DNA of 64,000 bases, taken from an uncultured Chloroflexia bacterium (lineage in GTDB: Bacteria; Chloroflexota; Chloroflexia; Thermomicrobiales; UBA6265). A program made the translations under genes and the position numbers. Below, piece after piece: positions 63,187-64,000 of this stretch. Location: the NCBI GenBank assembly GCA_963724295.1, contig CAVRUC010000001.1, positions 1 to 64,000 on the forward strand. The letters run 5' to 3'. The notes under the pieces are model-generated. The model was not told the origin of the DNA and did no database searches. It was given only the letters and a program-made list of their open reading frames with translations. The stretch's first letter is position 1. Every line of letters starts with the position of its first letter.

Positions 63187-64000
63187 CTAGTCGCTTCCGG
63201 TCATCTCGAAGATGTCGCCGCCGGCGCAGAGCTGGGCGCGGTGACCTTCGGCGAGGCGTCGGTAGACGTGTTTGACCTTGCGGGCGACGTTTGCCCAGTC
63301 GTAGCGCGCGACCGACGATCGCGCTGCCGCCGACATCGCCGCGCGTAGCGGCTCGTCGCTGAGGATCTTCTCCAACGCCCCGGCCAGCGCTTGCGGCGAT
63401 TGTGGCTTGACCAGGAAACCGGTCGTCCCTTCGTCGATCGTGAAGCGCAATCCCCCAACTCGTGAGGCGACGACCGGCTTGGCACAGGCCATTGCCTCGA
63501 CAGCCACCAACCCGAAAGACTCGTAGCGCGATGGCACGGCGACGACGTCGGCCGCGCCATAGAAGACGGGTAGCTGGTCTTGCGGTTGCGAGCCGACGAG
63601 GCGGAAATGGGCCGCGATGCCGCGCTGCGCGACCGATTCTGCAACGTCTGCCAGTAGGCCGACCGGAGTGCCGTCGGGGCCGAGATCACCGCCGACGATG
63701 AGGAACGTCGGCGCGGGCTCGCTTGATCCACTGGACGCCATGATCTCGGCGGCGTCGATCAAGGTGTCGATCCCCTTGATTGGGTCGATGCGGCCCACGA
63801 ACAGGACGACTCGCTCCTCCGGCGCGATGCCGATCTCCGCGCGAGATGTGTCCTTCGGTCGCGGCTGAAACAGACCGAGGTCGACACCGGGGGGGATCGT
63901 GCAGACCTTTTCGGTGGGCACGCCCATGCGCCAGATGAGATCGGCGCGCTCGTCCGGGTTGGCGGCGATGATACCGTCGCACAAGGTGAGCAGGCGCTTT
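63187..64000 (-). CDS. GT4 glycosyltransferase (MshA-like), 5' end outside the window
   Basis: FVGRI..KG and PSRYESFGLVAVEA motifs. Confidence 0.9.
   Translation of the reverse strand, partial: KRLLTLCDGIIAANPDERADLIWRMGVPTEKVCTIPPGVDLGLFQPRPKDTSRAEIGIAPEERVVLFVGRIDPIKGIDTLIDAAEIMASSGSSEPAPTFLIVGGDLGPDGTPVGLLADVAESVAQRGIAAHFRLVGSQPQDQLPVFYGAADVVAVPSRYESFGLVAVEAMACAKPVVASRVGGLRFTIDEGTTGFLVKPQSPQALAGALEKILSDEPLRAAMSAAARSSVARYDWANVARKVKHVYRRLAEGHRAQLCAGGDIFEMTGSD

Overview
High-GC bacterial chromosomal window. Lineage-typical secreted proteins (ATP-motif and FD..R..SRR Tat-like proteins) suggest Thermomicrobiales (Chloroflexota); this is an inference. 1-19 kb is an accessory-type block: an arginine-deiminase-type operon (ornithine carbamoyltransferase, NhaC-family antiporter, P-type ATPase, carbamate kinase), an APC permease, a CPA1 antiporter, a glutamic-peptidase-like/SHOCT/DUF6325 cluster, an MFS transporter, a GAP protein and a K+ channel. 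19-40 kb holds stress and small-protein genes (msrB, msrA, YsnF, DUF3309, lmo0937-like), an orphan CheB-CheR-PAS-histidine kinase, an Erm-type rRNA methyltransferase and a sulfotransferase. 40-64 kb is mostly core: a GcvT-family dehydrogenase, thiD, thiE, secA, selB, DAHP synthase, PhzF, a class III aminotransferase, prfA, a Rieske oxygenase and a GT4 cut by the window edge. Best unannotated signals: (1) a complete leaderless leader-peptide attenuator (WYGFVFFGY) upstream of a DAHP synthase-phzF operon; (2) an RIR leader peptide with SD-sequestering hairpins upstream of erm; (3) a ~170-nt rod-shaped 6S/Ms1-like ncRNA candidate; (4) a small membrane protein duplicating the N-terminus of the adjacent peptidase-like protein; (5) several families of intergenic palindromic repeats. 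At least six single-base frameshifts suggest long-read consensus errors. No rRNA, tRNA, CRISPR array or transposase was seen.
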